Positions 1 through 8,977 of a stretch of 45,556 bases of DNA are shown piece after piece. Source of the stretch: an uncultured Bdellovibrionales bacterium. GTDB lineage: Bacteria; Patescibacteriota; Minisyncoccia; Moranbacterales; UBA2206. Below the pieces are notes generated by a model. That model made no database searches. It had not been told where the DNA came from and saw only the letters and a list, made by a program, of their open reading frames with translations. The position numbers and the translations under genes are program-made. The stretch is taken from contig CAYTIK010000001.1 of the NCBI GenBank assembly GCA_964438025.1, positions 1-45,556 of the forward strand, read 5' to 3'. Within the stretch, counting starts at the first letter, position 1. Every line of letters begins with the position of its first letter.

Positions 1-988
1 AAGAAAGTTGGAAACCAATATCGTAGCGTAATAATAATGGATTAATCAATAGCATTATTCCCGCCGAAAAAATAATCGCGTTTTGCGCATTCGCCAGACG
101 CCCATTTTTCATCGCCCACAAAAGCAGTGAACCCATAATCCCCGCCCGCACCGCCGAAGCCGGAAAGCCAACCAGTAAAACAAATAAAAATATCCCCGTG
201 AGCGCAAACCAAAAAGCTTGCTTGCGCCACAATCCTAGAAAAATTCCCAAGAGCATCAGATATTCCGCAATAATCGTCACATTATATCCTGACACCGCCA
301 CGATGTGTGTCATACCAGTCCGAGAAAAATTCACTTGCATCTCTTTGGATAATTTGTCATCTCCGCCCAAAAGTAGTCCTGACAACAATCCTGATTGCGG
401 CGCCGGAATGGCTTTGTCGATATTTTTTTGCAGCCGGCTTTTTATTTTTAAAATAACCGCGTAAAATTTATTGCTTTGCTCACGCGCCATTACTTCTATC
501 TTAGCTTTCCGGCATAGATAAAAAATTCCATCTTTAGCCAGGTACATCTGATAATCAAAAGTTTCGCTCTTGGGAATTTCCAAGAGGCATTTCACCTCTA
601 ATTCGTCGCCGTAAGAATATTTTGCGAAGCCATAAATATTAATTAAAAATTTATTCTTATCCGGCGTTCTTACTGTTAAATTTTGATATTGATCCTTAAT
701 TTCCGGCTCTCGGATTATAATTGCCCAGCCACTAAATTCCGTCCCGGCTAAATTTAAATTTTCGAGCTTTTTTAATTTATTTTCCGTGAGCCAGACTCCC
801 AAAATAAAAAAACCTATAAAAAAAGCGACCACCGTCGCCTTGGGATTTTTCCAAAAAATCACCAGAATAATTATAGCCAGAACCGCTAAACTATATTGCC
901 AAAAAGAATCCAGATTTCCAAACGAACGCCAAAACACCCCGCCGATAAAACCTAAGGACAGAAATAAAAAAATGCGCGATTTACTCAC
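1..988 (-). CDS. comEC: ComEC/Rec2 competence protein (3' end runs off the window)
   Basis: Not in ORF track. Manual translation from GTG at 988 gives hydrophobic N-terminus (SKSRIFLFLSLGFIGGVFLAF) and the ComEC motif FSRTGMTHIVAVSGYNVTIIA near 270-330. Confidence 0.9.
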   Translation of the reverse strand, partial: MSKSRIFLFLSLGFIGGVFWRSFGNLDSFWQYSLAVLAIIILVIFWKNPKATVVAFFIGFFILGVWLTENKLKKLENLNLAGTEFSGWAIIIREPEIKDQYQNLTVRTPDKNKFLINIYGFAKYSYGDELEVKCLLEIPKSETFDYQMYLAKDGIFYLCRKAKIEVMAREQSNKFYAVILKIKSRLQKNIDKAIPAPQSGLLSGLLLGGDDKLSKEMQVNFSRTGMTHIVAVSGYNVTIIAEYLMLLGIFLGLWRKQAFWFALTGIFLFVLLVGFPASAVRAGIMGSLLLWAMKNGRLANAQNAIIFSAGIMLLINPLLLRYDIGFQLS

Positions 989-1012
989 GCATTTATTATA
1001 ACAGATAAAAAG

Positions 1013-1043
1013 AAAGGGTTGACGATATATCGCCAACCCTTCA
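1013..1043 (-). terminator. Intrinsic terminator of the 1068-1463 gene
   Basis: Hairpin gaagggttgacgat/atcgccaacccttc followed by T-rich tract on the minus strand. Confidence 0.6.
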
Positions 1044-1067
1044 TATTGTTCTTTGATCTTTCGAATG

Positions 1068-1463
1068 CTAAATTGAAACTTCCAGTGCATTTGCTAAGGT
1101 TTTGAGTTCTTTCGCAAAGGATGCTAGAACTTGTTGTCTTATGGAATTTTCCACCGCCCTAGGCGTAATTCCTTTACCATAGAGATATGCCACATAGTGG
1201 CTACTGCCTTGTTGCCCGCTGTTCTGTAGATTTTTTTTGGCAGTATAATAGATATGGACATAATTGCCTAATTCCATAACCCGGGCGACGTAGCAGTGCC
1301 CTGCTGGCGTTGGAATTTCACATTTTCCAACTGCGAGCAGCACTGTGCGCATTTTTTCATCAAATGCATAAATGGAAAGATTCTTCTTTAGAAATTCAAC
1401 TGGGTTTTTGTCTCCACACAATTCAGTCGCAATTCCATTGCCTAGTTCTAACAAAATATACAT
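1068..1463 (-). CDS. Hypothetical protein (131 aa)
   Basis: ORF with strong SD (AGGAGGAGG) upstream and a terminator downstream; no family recognised. Confidence 0.7.
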   Translation of the reverse strand: MYILLELGNGIATELCGDKNPVEFLKKNLSIYAFDEKMRTVLLAVGKCEIPTPAGHCYVARVMELGNYVHIYYTAKKNLQNSGQQGSSHYVAYLYGKGITPRAVENSIRQQVLASFAKELKTLANALEVSI

Positions 1464-1478
1464 TTTAGCACCTCCTCC

Positions 1479-1697
1479 TTATAGGATTTCGATCATTTTT
1501 GTTCTGGCGGTTCTGCCGCCAATGATTGATAAGGAACCTTTAGGAATCTTAAAATACTCCGCTAATAATCATATTAGCATTTCATTCGCCTGGTTGTCAA
1601 CCGGCGGCGCCGTGATTTTAACTTTATATTCTCCTTCGGAAATTTTCTGCACCTCGTTCCGGCTCGACCGCGGAGACACTTTGACGTAAATTCTCAT
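1479..1697 (-). pseudogene. DUF167/YggU (UPF0235) family gene with in-frame TGA
   Basis: Manual translation: MRIYVKVSPRSSRNEVQKISEGEYKVKITAPPVDNQANEMLI*LLAEYFKIPKGSLSIIGGRTARTKMIEIL; APPVDxxAN motif; TGA at 1569-1571. Confidence 0.85.
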
Positions 1698-1704
1698 AAA
1701 AAAT

Positions 1705-2400
1705 TTATTTTCTAATACCTACTTGGCCAAAATATTTTTCAATTTTGGTTTTTATTTTTTCTAAATCAATCTTTTTTCCTTTGGTTTTTTTCTTGAGTTT
1801 AGGGTCCAAAATCTTCAATTCCCGATATTCCTGCAAATAATAGTTCCGCGTTCCACTAATCCATTCGGCGATGGCCAAAAAATCTTTTTCCATATGAATT
1901 CCCGGCACCACTGTGGTACGAAATTCATAAGGTACACGGGAATTTCTAATCAGATCTACACTTAATTTTATCCGTTCTTTGTCGCCCTTCACGCCGGTGG
2001 TTTGGTCATATTTTTTCAACTGATTCTTAATATCCATCGCGACAAAATCCAGCAATTTTAAGTCTAAAAGTTTTTTCAGCACATCCGGCCGCGTGCCATT
2101 GGTATCCAATTTCACCAAAAATCCCAATCTTTTTATTTTTTGGATAAAATTTACTAGATCCGGCTGAATAGTCGGTTCCCCGCCAGTGATACAGACTCCT
2201 TCAAGTTTCCCCTGGCGTTTTTTGAGAAAATCTAAAAATTCCTTTTCCAAAACGTTGTGAGCTGTAAACTGGGAATTAAGAACTAGCCCAGGATTATGGC
2301 AAAAGGGGCAGCGAAAACTGCAACCCACCGTAAAAACCGTCGCGGCTAATTTCCCCGGATAATCAATCAAGGTCAATCTTTGAAATCCTCCCAAAATCAT
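1705..2400 (-). CDS. nrdG: Anaerobic ribonucleotide reductase activating radical SAM enzyme
   Basis: CSFRCPFCHN (CxxxCxxC), ITGGEPT, LDTNG; directly downstream of nrdD. Confidence 0.93.
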   Translation of the reverse strand: MILGGFQRLTLIDYPGKLAATVFTVGCSFRCPFCHNPGLVLNSQFTAHNVLEKEFLDFLKKRQGKLEGVCITGGEPTIQPDLVNFIQKIKRLGFLVKLDTNGTRPDVLKKLLDLKLLDFVAMDIKNQLKKYDQTTGVKGDKERIKLSVDLIRNSRVPYEFRTTVVPGIHMEKDFLAIAEWISGTRNYYLQEYRELKILDPKLKKKTKGKKIDLEKIKTKIEKYFGQVGIRK

Positions 2401-2470
2401 AATTTAAAATAATTCGGGACGGCACCGCCAGAATGGCAGAGTCGCCCCGCTATCTTTTTATTTAACTGCT

Positions 2471-4636
2471 TTAGCAGTTGGCTTCTTCCGCTACTGCGAA
2501 TTCTTTGCGGTCATTATATTCGGCTCTTTTCCCCTTGTTCCATTGCTCCACCGGGCGGATATAGCCCACCACGCGGGAATAAACTTCGGTTTTCTGTTCT
2601 ACTACGCACTTGGGACAGGTGTAATGTTCGCCGGAAAGATAGCCATGCACCGGGCAAACACTGAAAGTCGGCGTGAGGGTAAAATACGGCAAGGCGTAAT
2701 TTTCCGCAATTTTCCGGACCAGTTTCTTAGTAGTTTCAGTGTCCATGATTCTTTCGCCTAAAAAGCCATGCAGCACTGTCCCACCGGTATATTTCGTCTG
2801 CAAATTATCTTGGAGTTCCAACGCTTCAAAAATATCTTCCGTATGGCCAACAGGCAATTGAGAAGAATTGGTGTAGTAAGGCTCGCCGCCTTCCTGCTTA
2901 ACAATTTTGTCGTTGGCAAAAATTATTTGCGGATATCTTTCTTTATCTATTTTCGCTAAACGATAGGAAGTGCCTTCAGCCGGCGTGGCTTCCAGATTGA
3001 ATAGATTGCCAGTTTCTTTCTGATAACTAATAATCCTGTCGCGCATATGTTCCAAAATTTCTTTGGCTATTTTTTGTCCAGCCTTGGTAGTAATGTCTGT
3101 TCCTAATAAATTCAGCAGCGCTTCGTTCATGCCAATCAGCCCAATAGTGGAAAAGTGATTGCCCCAATAATGTCCGCGGCGTATTTTGATAGCGCCTAAA
3201 TAAAATTTTGTATAAGGATACAAACCTTTTTCCGTTAAATTTTCCACTAATTTTCTTTTAGTTTCCAAGCTTTCCTTAGCCAGATCCATTAAAATATCCA
3301 GCCGCTGAAAAAATTCTTTCTTATTTTTTGAGAGATATCCGAGTCGCGGCATATTGATTGTTACCACTCCAACTGAACCGGTCAGCGGATTAGCACCAAA
3401 AAGTCCTCCGCCTCTTTTGTGCAGTTCACGATTATCTAATCGTAGCCGGCAGCACATAGATCTAGCATCATCTGGATCCATATCGGAATTGACAAAATTA
3501 GCGAAGTAAGGAATGCCGTATTTAGCCGTCATTTCCCAAATCGGATCAAAGCGCTTATCGTCCCAATCAAAATTTTTCCCGATATTATAAGTTGGGATGG
3601 GAAAAGTAAAAATCCGTCCATTGGCATCTCCAGCCGTCATTACTTCCGCAAATGCCCGGTTGATCATATTCATCTCTTCCTGAAAATCTTTGTAAGTTTC
3701 TTTTTGGGGTACGCCGCCAACAATTACCGCTTCGCTGGCTAAATTTTTGGGAGGCGTAATGTCTAAAGTAATATTGGAAAATGGCGTTTGAAAACCCACC
3801 CGCGTCGCAACATTCATATTAAAAACAAATGATTGAATTTCTTGTTTTACTTTTTCATAAGGCAATTTGTCCGAACGGATGAACGGCGCTAAAAGTGTAT
3901 CGAAATTGGAAAAAGCTTGCGCTCCAGCAACTTCACCCTGGAGAGTATAAATAAAATTAACCATCTGTCCTAATGCCGAACCAAAATGCTTGGCTGGCTT
4001 ACACGCTACTTTGCCGGCTACTCCGGTAAATCCTCGGCGCAACAAATCTTGTAAATCCCAGCCGCAGCAATAAGCCGCCACTAACTGCAAATCATGGATA
4101 TGGAAATCACCACTTTCGTGCGCTTCGCGGATATCTTTGGAATAAACTCGATTCATCCAATAATTGGAACTGACAATAGAAGAAACGTAATTATTGAGCC
4201 CCTGCAAGGAATACGCCATATTGGCATTTTCTTTGACCTTCCAGTCAATTTCCTGGATGTATTTATCCACCAAACTTACCGCCTCTTTTAAAGACTCTTC
4301 AGTTTCCCGAATTTTTCGATGTTGTTCACGATAAAGGATATAGGCTTTAGCTGTTTCTTCAAAATCCAAAACCATCAAAACCCTTTCCACCAAATCCTGG
4401 ATTTCTTCAATTTTTGGGATAGAACCTTTTTTGTAATTTTTATTGAGCAATTGGACAACTTTTTCACCGACTCTTTGGGCATCCTTGTGGTTGCCTTCTC
4501 CGGTTGCTGCCAAAGCTTTGCCAACCGCTTTGGTAATTTTTCTAGGATTGAAAGTCACTATATCTCCGTTCCTTTTTACGACTTTCTTGACTTGATTTTT
4601 TATTTTCACTTTCTTTTTCTTTTTGTTTCGCGCCAT
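2471..4636 (-). CDS. nrdD: Class III anaerobic ribonucleoside-triphosphate reductase with N-terminal ATP cone
   Basis: VVKRNG ATP cone, HIHDL, SMCCRLR, EATPAE, Zn site CPVH/CPKC, glycyl-radical loop YSRVVGYIRP. Confidence 0.96.
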   Translation of the reverse strand: MARNKKKKKVKIKNQVKKVVKRNGDIVTFNPRKITKAVGKALAATGEGNHKDAQRVGEKVVQLLNKNYKKGSIPKIEEIQDLVERVLMVLDFEETAKAYILYREQHRKIRETEESLKEAVSLVDKYIQEIDWKVKENANMAYSLQGLNNYVSSIVSSNYWMNRVYSKDIREAHESGDFHIHDLQLVAAYCCGWDLQDLLRRGFTGVAGKVACKPAKHFGSALGQMVNFIYTLQGEVAGAQAFSNFDTLLAPFIRSDKLPYEKVKQEIQSFVFNMNVATRVGFQTPFSNITLDITPPKNLASEAVIVGGVPQKETYKDFQEEMNMINRAFAEVMTAGDANGRIFTFPIPTYNIGKNFDWDDKRFDPIWEMTAKYGIPYFANFVNSDMDPDDARSMCCRLRLDNRELHKRGGGLFGANPLTGSVGVVTINMPRLGYLSKNKKEFFQRLDILMDLAKESLETKRKLVENLTEKGLYPYTKFYLGAIKIRRGHYWGNHFSTIGLIGMNEALLNLLGTDITTKAGQKIAKEILEHMRDRIISYQKETGNLFNLEATPAEGTSYRLAKIDKERYPQIIFANDKIVKQEGGEPYYTNSSQLPVGHTEDIFEALELQDNLQTKYTGGTVLHGFLGERIMDTETTKKLVRKIAENYALPYFTLTPTFSVCPVHGYLSGEHYTCPKCVVEQKTEVYSRVVGYIRPVEQWNKGKRAEYNDRKEFAVAEEANC

Positions 4637-4789
4637 AATTGTCTCTGGAATTTGCCCCGCACAAACTCATTATTTAAAATTATTTATTGCTCATTTTCTT
4701 TATCGGCCGCTCATTAAACACGCCCGGACTCAAATGTTCCTTCAGATACCGGCTTGGCTAAATTTATAAAAAATTAGTAAAAATTCTGA

Positions 4790-5242
4790 TCATTCTTTAT
4801 CTAGTAAGTCCAATTCCTTTTTAAAACTCTCAATACTCCCGAAAGACTTATAGACGCTGGCAAAACGCACATAAGCCACTTCATCTAATTCTTTAAGTTT
4901 CTTAAGAACAATTTTGCCTATTTCCCGAGTGGACACTTCGAGTTTTTCCAGGGCGCTGATTTCATATTCGATATCGCCCATCAATTTAATTATTTTTTCT
5001 TCAGATACCGGTCTTTTTACCAGAGCTCGACGGATGCCATTTTCAATTTTGCTTTTATCATAATCAACTTTTTCTCCATTCTTTTTTACAATCGTAAGGC
5101 GCAAAAGTTCCACCTCTTCATAGGTAGAAAAACGCGCATTACATTTCTCGCATTCTCTCCGCCGGCGGGTAATCTTACCTTCATTGGTTTCCCGCGAATC
5201 TACGACTTTAGTTTCTGTATTATTACAAAATGGACAGTTCAT
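4790..5242 (-). CDS. nrdR: Transcriptional repressor NrdR
   Basis: MNCPFC, KVVDSR, RRRREC..C..RFSTYE, DEVAYVRFASVY. Confidence 0.97.
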   Translation of the reverse strand: MNCPFCNNTETKVVDSRETNEGKITRRRRECEKCNARFSTYEEVELLRLTIVKKNGEKVDYDKSKIENGIRRALVKRPVSEEKIIKLMGDIEYEISALEKLEVSTREIGKIVLKKLKELDEVAYVRFASVYKSFGSIESFKKELDLLDKE

Positions 5243-5336
5243 AAAATTAAGTTAAAAGTCTATCAAATTTATAAAGTTCATAAAGCTTATTTATTTTTTA
5301 CTTTATAGATTTTCGACTTTAAAGACTTTACGGACT

Positions 5337-5358
5337 TATATACTATATATAGTATATA
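5337..5358. promoter_or_regulatory. NrdR-box-like palindrome upstream of nrdR-nrdD-nrdG
   Basis: Perfect 22-bp palindrome tatatactatatatagtatata; core ATACTATATATAGTAT resembles the NrdR box consensus acaCwAtATaTwGtg. Confidence 0.7.
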
Positions 5359-5422
5359 TTGATACAATTATAGCACAATTGAAAAACCTGCCAAGGGGCA
5401 GATTTTAAGCCAAAATTCGGGG

Positions 5423-5431
5423 TTATCCACA
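5423..5431 (+). promoter_or_regulatory. DnaA box
   Basis: Exact TTATCCACA upstream of the nrd operon. Confidence 0.6.
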
Positions 5432-5560
5432 CCTCGCACTAACTTTGCACTGCGCCAAAGGCGCGAAACAAAGAGTACTCCATTTATTTTTTTAGCTTAC
5501 CTTAAAAACAACACCTACTGATTTTAAATTATTATATTAAGGTGCAAAGTTAGTGCGAGG
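5432..5560. mobile_element. MITE-like element, 129 bp
   Basis: Perfect 19-bp terminal inverted repeats cctcgcactaactttgcac (5432-5450) / gtgcaaagttagtgcgagg (5542-5560), flanked by CACA on both sides. Confidence 0.65.
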
Positions 5561-5593
5561 CACAGGGCACAGCGTAAGGTTCTGTTTTTAAAA

Positions 5594-6676
5594 CTACTCT
5601 TCCCCCAAATTCGGTTTGTCTAAAAGTTCTGGTTCGATAACTTTTTCGCTTTGCGTAATTTTCGCCATGTCCCTATCCAGTTTTCCCAATTCCTTGTAAG
5701 CATTATTATAACTATTAAAAGTTGTCTGCAGATTATCACCAATTTTTTTCATAAAACTGTCGAAATTTAAAGCGTGCTTTTTCAATTTTTCCACATTCGC
5801 AATGACTTCTTTGGCATTTTCTTCGATCTCCATCGCCCGCAAGCCCTGTAGCACCGTCTGCAAATAAGCTAGGAACGAGGTGGGCGAAACAATGATCACG
5901 TGTTTGTCCCGGAAAGCGTATTCAATCATGCTCCGCGTATCGATTTTTACCGTTCCGACTTTATTGACCAACAAATCATAATAAATCGCTTCGGAAGGGA
6001 TGAACATAAAAGCAAAATCCATCGTTTTTTCTTCCGGCTTGATATATTTGGAAGTTTCGTCGATGCGATTCTTTAAATCCTGTTTAAAACTTTTTTCCAA
6101 ATCTTCCCGTTCGCTGCCCGCCGCAGTATTCAGGATCCGCTCGTAATTTTCCAGTGAAAATTTGGAATCAATGGGAATGACTTTTTCTTTGACAAAAACC
6201 ACCGCATCCACGATGGAACCATCTTTAAATTCATACTGCATCTTATAGGAACCCGGCGGCAACACATTTTTCAAAGTTTCTTCGAGAAAATATTCACCCA
6301 AGATGCCCCGCTGCTTCGGATTTTTCAAGATATCTTGCAAATTCTGCAGCTGTGCGGAAAAGTTGATGACTTGTTTGTTAGTATCATCCAATTTGGTCAG
6401 TTTTTCCGTAATATCGGAAATTAATTTGGACGATTGGCTACTGATGCTCTGGATGGTCCGATTGACATTAAATAGCTGGCTTTGATTGGCCTGATGAGTT
6501 TCTTTGAGTTTACTGTCCATCACTTCCCGCAGCCGTTCATTCTGGCCGCTCAAGTTAGAAATTTTTTCCATGAGAATCGTCATCCGTTCATCCTTGTTAG
6601 AATCTTTTTTAGTCAAAAGTAAAAAGATTACTGTCCCAATTCCCAAAATCAAAATTATTAAAAGTATTGTTTGCAT
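5594..6676 (-). CDS. rmuC: DNA recombination protein RmuC
   Basis: N-terminal TM and coiled coil, PKQRGILGE, IPIDSKF, DFAFMFIPSEAIY, IVSPTS. Confidence 0.95.
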   Translation of the reverse strand: MQTILLIILILGIGTVIFLLLTKKDSNKDERMTILMEKISNLSGQNERLREVMDSKLKETHQANQSQLFNVNRTIQSISSQSSKLISDITEKLTKLDDTNKQVINFSAQLQNLQDILKNPKQRGILGEYFLEETLKNVLPPGSYKMQYEFKDGSIVDAVVFVKEKVIPIDSKFSLENYERILNTAAGSEREDLEKSFKQDLKNRIDETSKYIKPEEKTMDFAFMFIPSEAIYYDLLVNKVGTVKIDTRSMIEYAFRDKHVIIVSPTSFLAYLQTVLQGLRAMEIEENAKEVIANVEKLKKHALNFDSFMKKIGDNLQTTFNSYNNAYKELGKLDRDMAKITQSEKVIEPELLDKPNLGEE

Positions 6677-6707
6677 AAAAAAATTTTAACTTAAAATATT
6701 ATAAATT

Positions 6708-7328
6708 TTATGATGCTATTTCAAAAATCTTTTTCACCAAAGAAGTTCTTGCGTAAAAAGCTCGACTGGTTGAGCCATGGCCGGATCCCTTAGTTCTGGC
6801 CTGTATCCATTTTCCGTCTTTACCCGTTAAACTTTTAAAACCCTTCTTGATTAATTTTTCTCTAATAAAATCATAATCGGCCTTAATTTCTTTAATTAAT
6901 TCATCGTCCTCGGCAAAATCTAAGCTGGCAACTTTTATTAATTCCCCGCTATCTGAATTCTTACCATGCCACATTACCGCACAAAAAACCATCGATTTTA
7001 GTTTTGCCCAACAATGACTTTCAAAAAAAGAGTGTTCCTTTAGTTCTTTAGGATTTATCATTGTAATTGCCATTGTTTCTTTTGGAACTAGTTTGTTTTT
7101 AACTTCATGAAAACTAACCGATTTTAGCTCATATGAAAGACCATTCGGCGCTTTGGAAACATTGGTTTCTAATCCCGCTAATCTTTCCAAAACCAATCCC
7201 TTCCAACCCTTGTTTTGTTTTCCAGTCTCATAAGTCGTTATCTTGTGTTGCAAGGCAAGTTTTCTCAAATCTTTTCCAAGATGTTTTTTCAAATTCTTTA
7301 TAGCCGTTGCTCTTGTTATTATTTTCAT
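6708..7328 (-). CDS. MutH/Sau3AI family endonuclease
   Basis: NKGWKGLVLE, ELKSV, PKETMAITM, IKADY, IQARTKG, RAFYAR; overlaps MTase stop by 4 bp. Confidence 0.85.
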   Translation of the reverse strand: MKIITRATAIKNLKKHLGKDLRKLALQHKITTYETGKQNKGWKGLVLERLAGLETNVSKAPNGLSYELKSVSFHEVKNKLVPKETMAITMINPKELKEHSFFESHCWAKLKSMVFCAVMWHGKNSDSGELIKVASLDFAEDDELIKEIKADYDFIREKLIKKGFKSLTGKDGKWIQARTKGSGHGSTSRAFYARTSLVKKIFEIAS

Positions 7329-8143
7329 TTTTTTAATTGCTTAAATCTTTTAACTGATAAATCTAAATATTTCTTTTCCATATCAATTCCAATAAATTTT
7401 CTACCGTTCATAATCGCCGCAATTCCAGTTGTTGAACTTCCAGCAAAAGGGTCAAGAATAACATCGTTTTTATCGGTACTAGCCAAAACAATTCTCCTTA
7501 ACAAATCCAAAGGTTTTTGGGTTGGGTGTTTTCCAAAAATTTTTTCAGCTGTTTTTGGTGTTCCCATTGCCCAAACACTTCTCATTTGCAATCCTGGTTT
7601 TTTTAGGAAATCTTCAGGCCAACTTCCATTTTTCATTAAAGCATAATTAAATTTATGCTTTGCTTTTTCTTCTTTTCTCGCCCAGATTAAAGTTTCATGG
7701 CTAGCTGTAAAATAACGGCAACTTAAATTTGGCGAGGCATTCGGTTTAAACCAAGCTATGTCATTCAATATTTTATATCTGGCTCTCTGTAAAGCATAGC
7801 CACATTTATAGATTGAATGATATGTTCCACTAATCCAAATTGCTCCATTTTCTTTTAAAACTCTTTTACAAGCTTTGATCCATTTTAGATGAAATTCAAA
7901 ATCAGCCTCAACGCCATTACTTACATCCCAATCTCCTTTATTCACGCTTACCATTTTTCCAGCATGAACTGTAAAACCACCGTTAGAAAGATGATAAGGC
8001 GGATCGGCAAAAATCATATCTATTGAATTTTCGGGTAATTGCTCCAGTATTTTCAAGCAATCTTCTTTATACAAAACAAAATTATCCTTTTGGAAAAAAG
8101 GTTTTTCTTTTATTGAAGTTAGGATTTTTTTATTTTGAACCAT
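7325..8143 (-). CDS. Beta-class DNA adenine methyltransferase, DpnA/MboIB-like
   Basis: MIFADPPYHLSNGG...SVNKGDWD, ISGTYHSIY, HPTQKP, ILDPFAGSSTTG. Confidence 0.9.
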   Translation of the reverse strand: MVQNKKILTSIKEKPFFQKDNFVLYKEDCLKILEQLPENSIDMIFADPPYHLSNGGFTVHAGKMVSVNKGDWDVSNGVEADFEFHLKWIKACKRVLKENGAIWISGTYHSIYKCGYALQRARYKILNDIAWFKPNASPNLSCRYFTASHETLIWARKEEKAKHKFNYALMKNGSWPEDFLKKPGLQMRSVWAMGTPKTAEKIFGKHPTQKPLDLLRRIVLASTDKNDVILDPFAGSSTTGIAAIMNGRKFIGIDMEKKYLDLSVKRFKQLKK

Positions 8144-8166
8144 GAGTGCTTTTTTTACATTTATAA

Positions 8167-8457
8167 TTAAGATTGAAATCCTATTCCGTTTTTAGGTGCT
8201 TCCGATTCTTCAATTTTACCAAATTGTTCCTCATATTTTTTTAAGTTTTCTTCGATGGCTTTCTGCATTCTTTTGAGATGCCCCGGCGAAAGAATGACCC
8301 GGGCGTTGAGAGTGCCGGTGGGCGGAAAAATATTCAAGAAATCCAGCACGAATTCTTCTTTAGTGTGCAGAATCTGCATCATATTGGAATATTCCCCTCT
8401 TAACTTTTCATCCGTAGCTTTAATTTGGATTTGAGTTGGTTGGCTTTGTTGATTCAT
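8167..8457 (-). CDS. DUF3467 family protein
   Basis: GEYSN...HTKEEFVLDF...ARVILSPGHLKR...L.KYE.QFGKI. Confidence 0.85.
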   Translation of the reverse strand: MNQQSQPTQIQIKATDEKLRGEYSNMMQILHTKEEFVLDFLNIFPPTGTLNARVILSPGHLKRMQKAIEENLKKYEEQFGKIEESEAPKNGIGFQS

Positions 8458-8950
8458 AGTTTTTTATTAAATTTATTACTTTAAATATTAAGGTTTTTTT
8501 TAAATCAATGACTTCTACAAACTTATCAAAATTTATTGCTTCAACTCCCAGAGAATTACATAATTTCATCATTGGATTATCCTGAGTTACGACAACATTA
8601 CCATTTCCATCTTTTATACATTTAACTATAAGGGTAATATCATTAGAACCAACTCTTCCGCTTTGAAGAAATAAGTCTTTACAGTTATCAATTTTTTCTA
8701 CCTTGTAACGAAAACTTAAATTCGGTTTTGATTCAAACAAAGGAATTCCGGTATTCTCTGTTTTGGTTCCAACTGAAGTATAACTCGCAAAATAGCTATC
8801 CACAAGCTCAAAAAAAATACCCTTTGAAGTCTCAGTAAAAACATTTTTATTCAAAAAAGTGGATATTTTATCCTTTTCCTCTATGCTAAAAATATTTTTT
8901 GTTAAAATTTTTTCAAGAACTATGTGAGCACTTTTATCTAAGACATACAT
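8420..8950 (-). CDS. PIN-domain-like protein
   Basis: N-terminal YVLD; C-terminal ND..LI..C...VVVTQD....LC..LGV pattern typical of PIN folds. Confidence 0.6.
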   Translation of the reverse strand: MYVLDKSAHIVLEKILTKNIFSIEEKDKISTFLNKNVFTETSKGIFFELVDSYFASYTSVGTKTENTGIPLFESKPNLSFRYKVEKIDNCKDLFLQSGRVGSNDITLIVKCIKDGNGNVVVTQDNPMMKLCNSLGVEAINFDKFVEVIDLKKTLIFKVINLIKNYESTKPTNSNPN

Positions 8951-8977
8951 AAAAAAATTACAATTCTAATTTTAAAA

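Noticed and set aside
4640-4780. Possible cobalamin riboswitch between nrdR and nrdD
   Set aside because: GC-rich patch present, but I could not find the B12-box or other core motifs.
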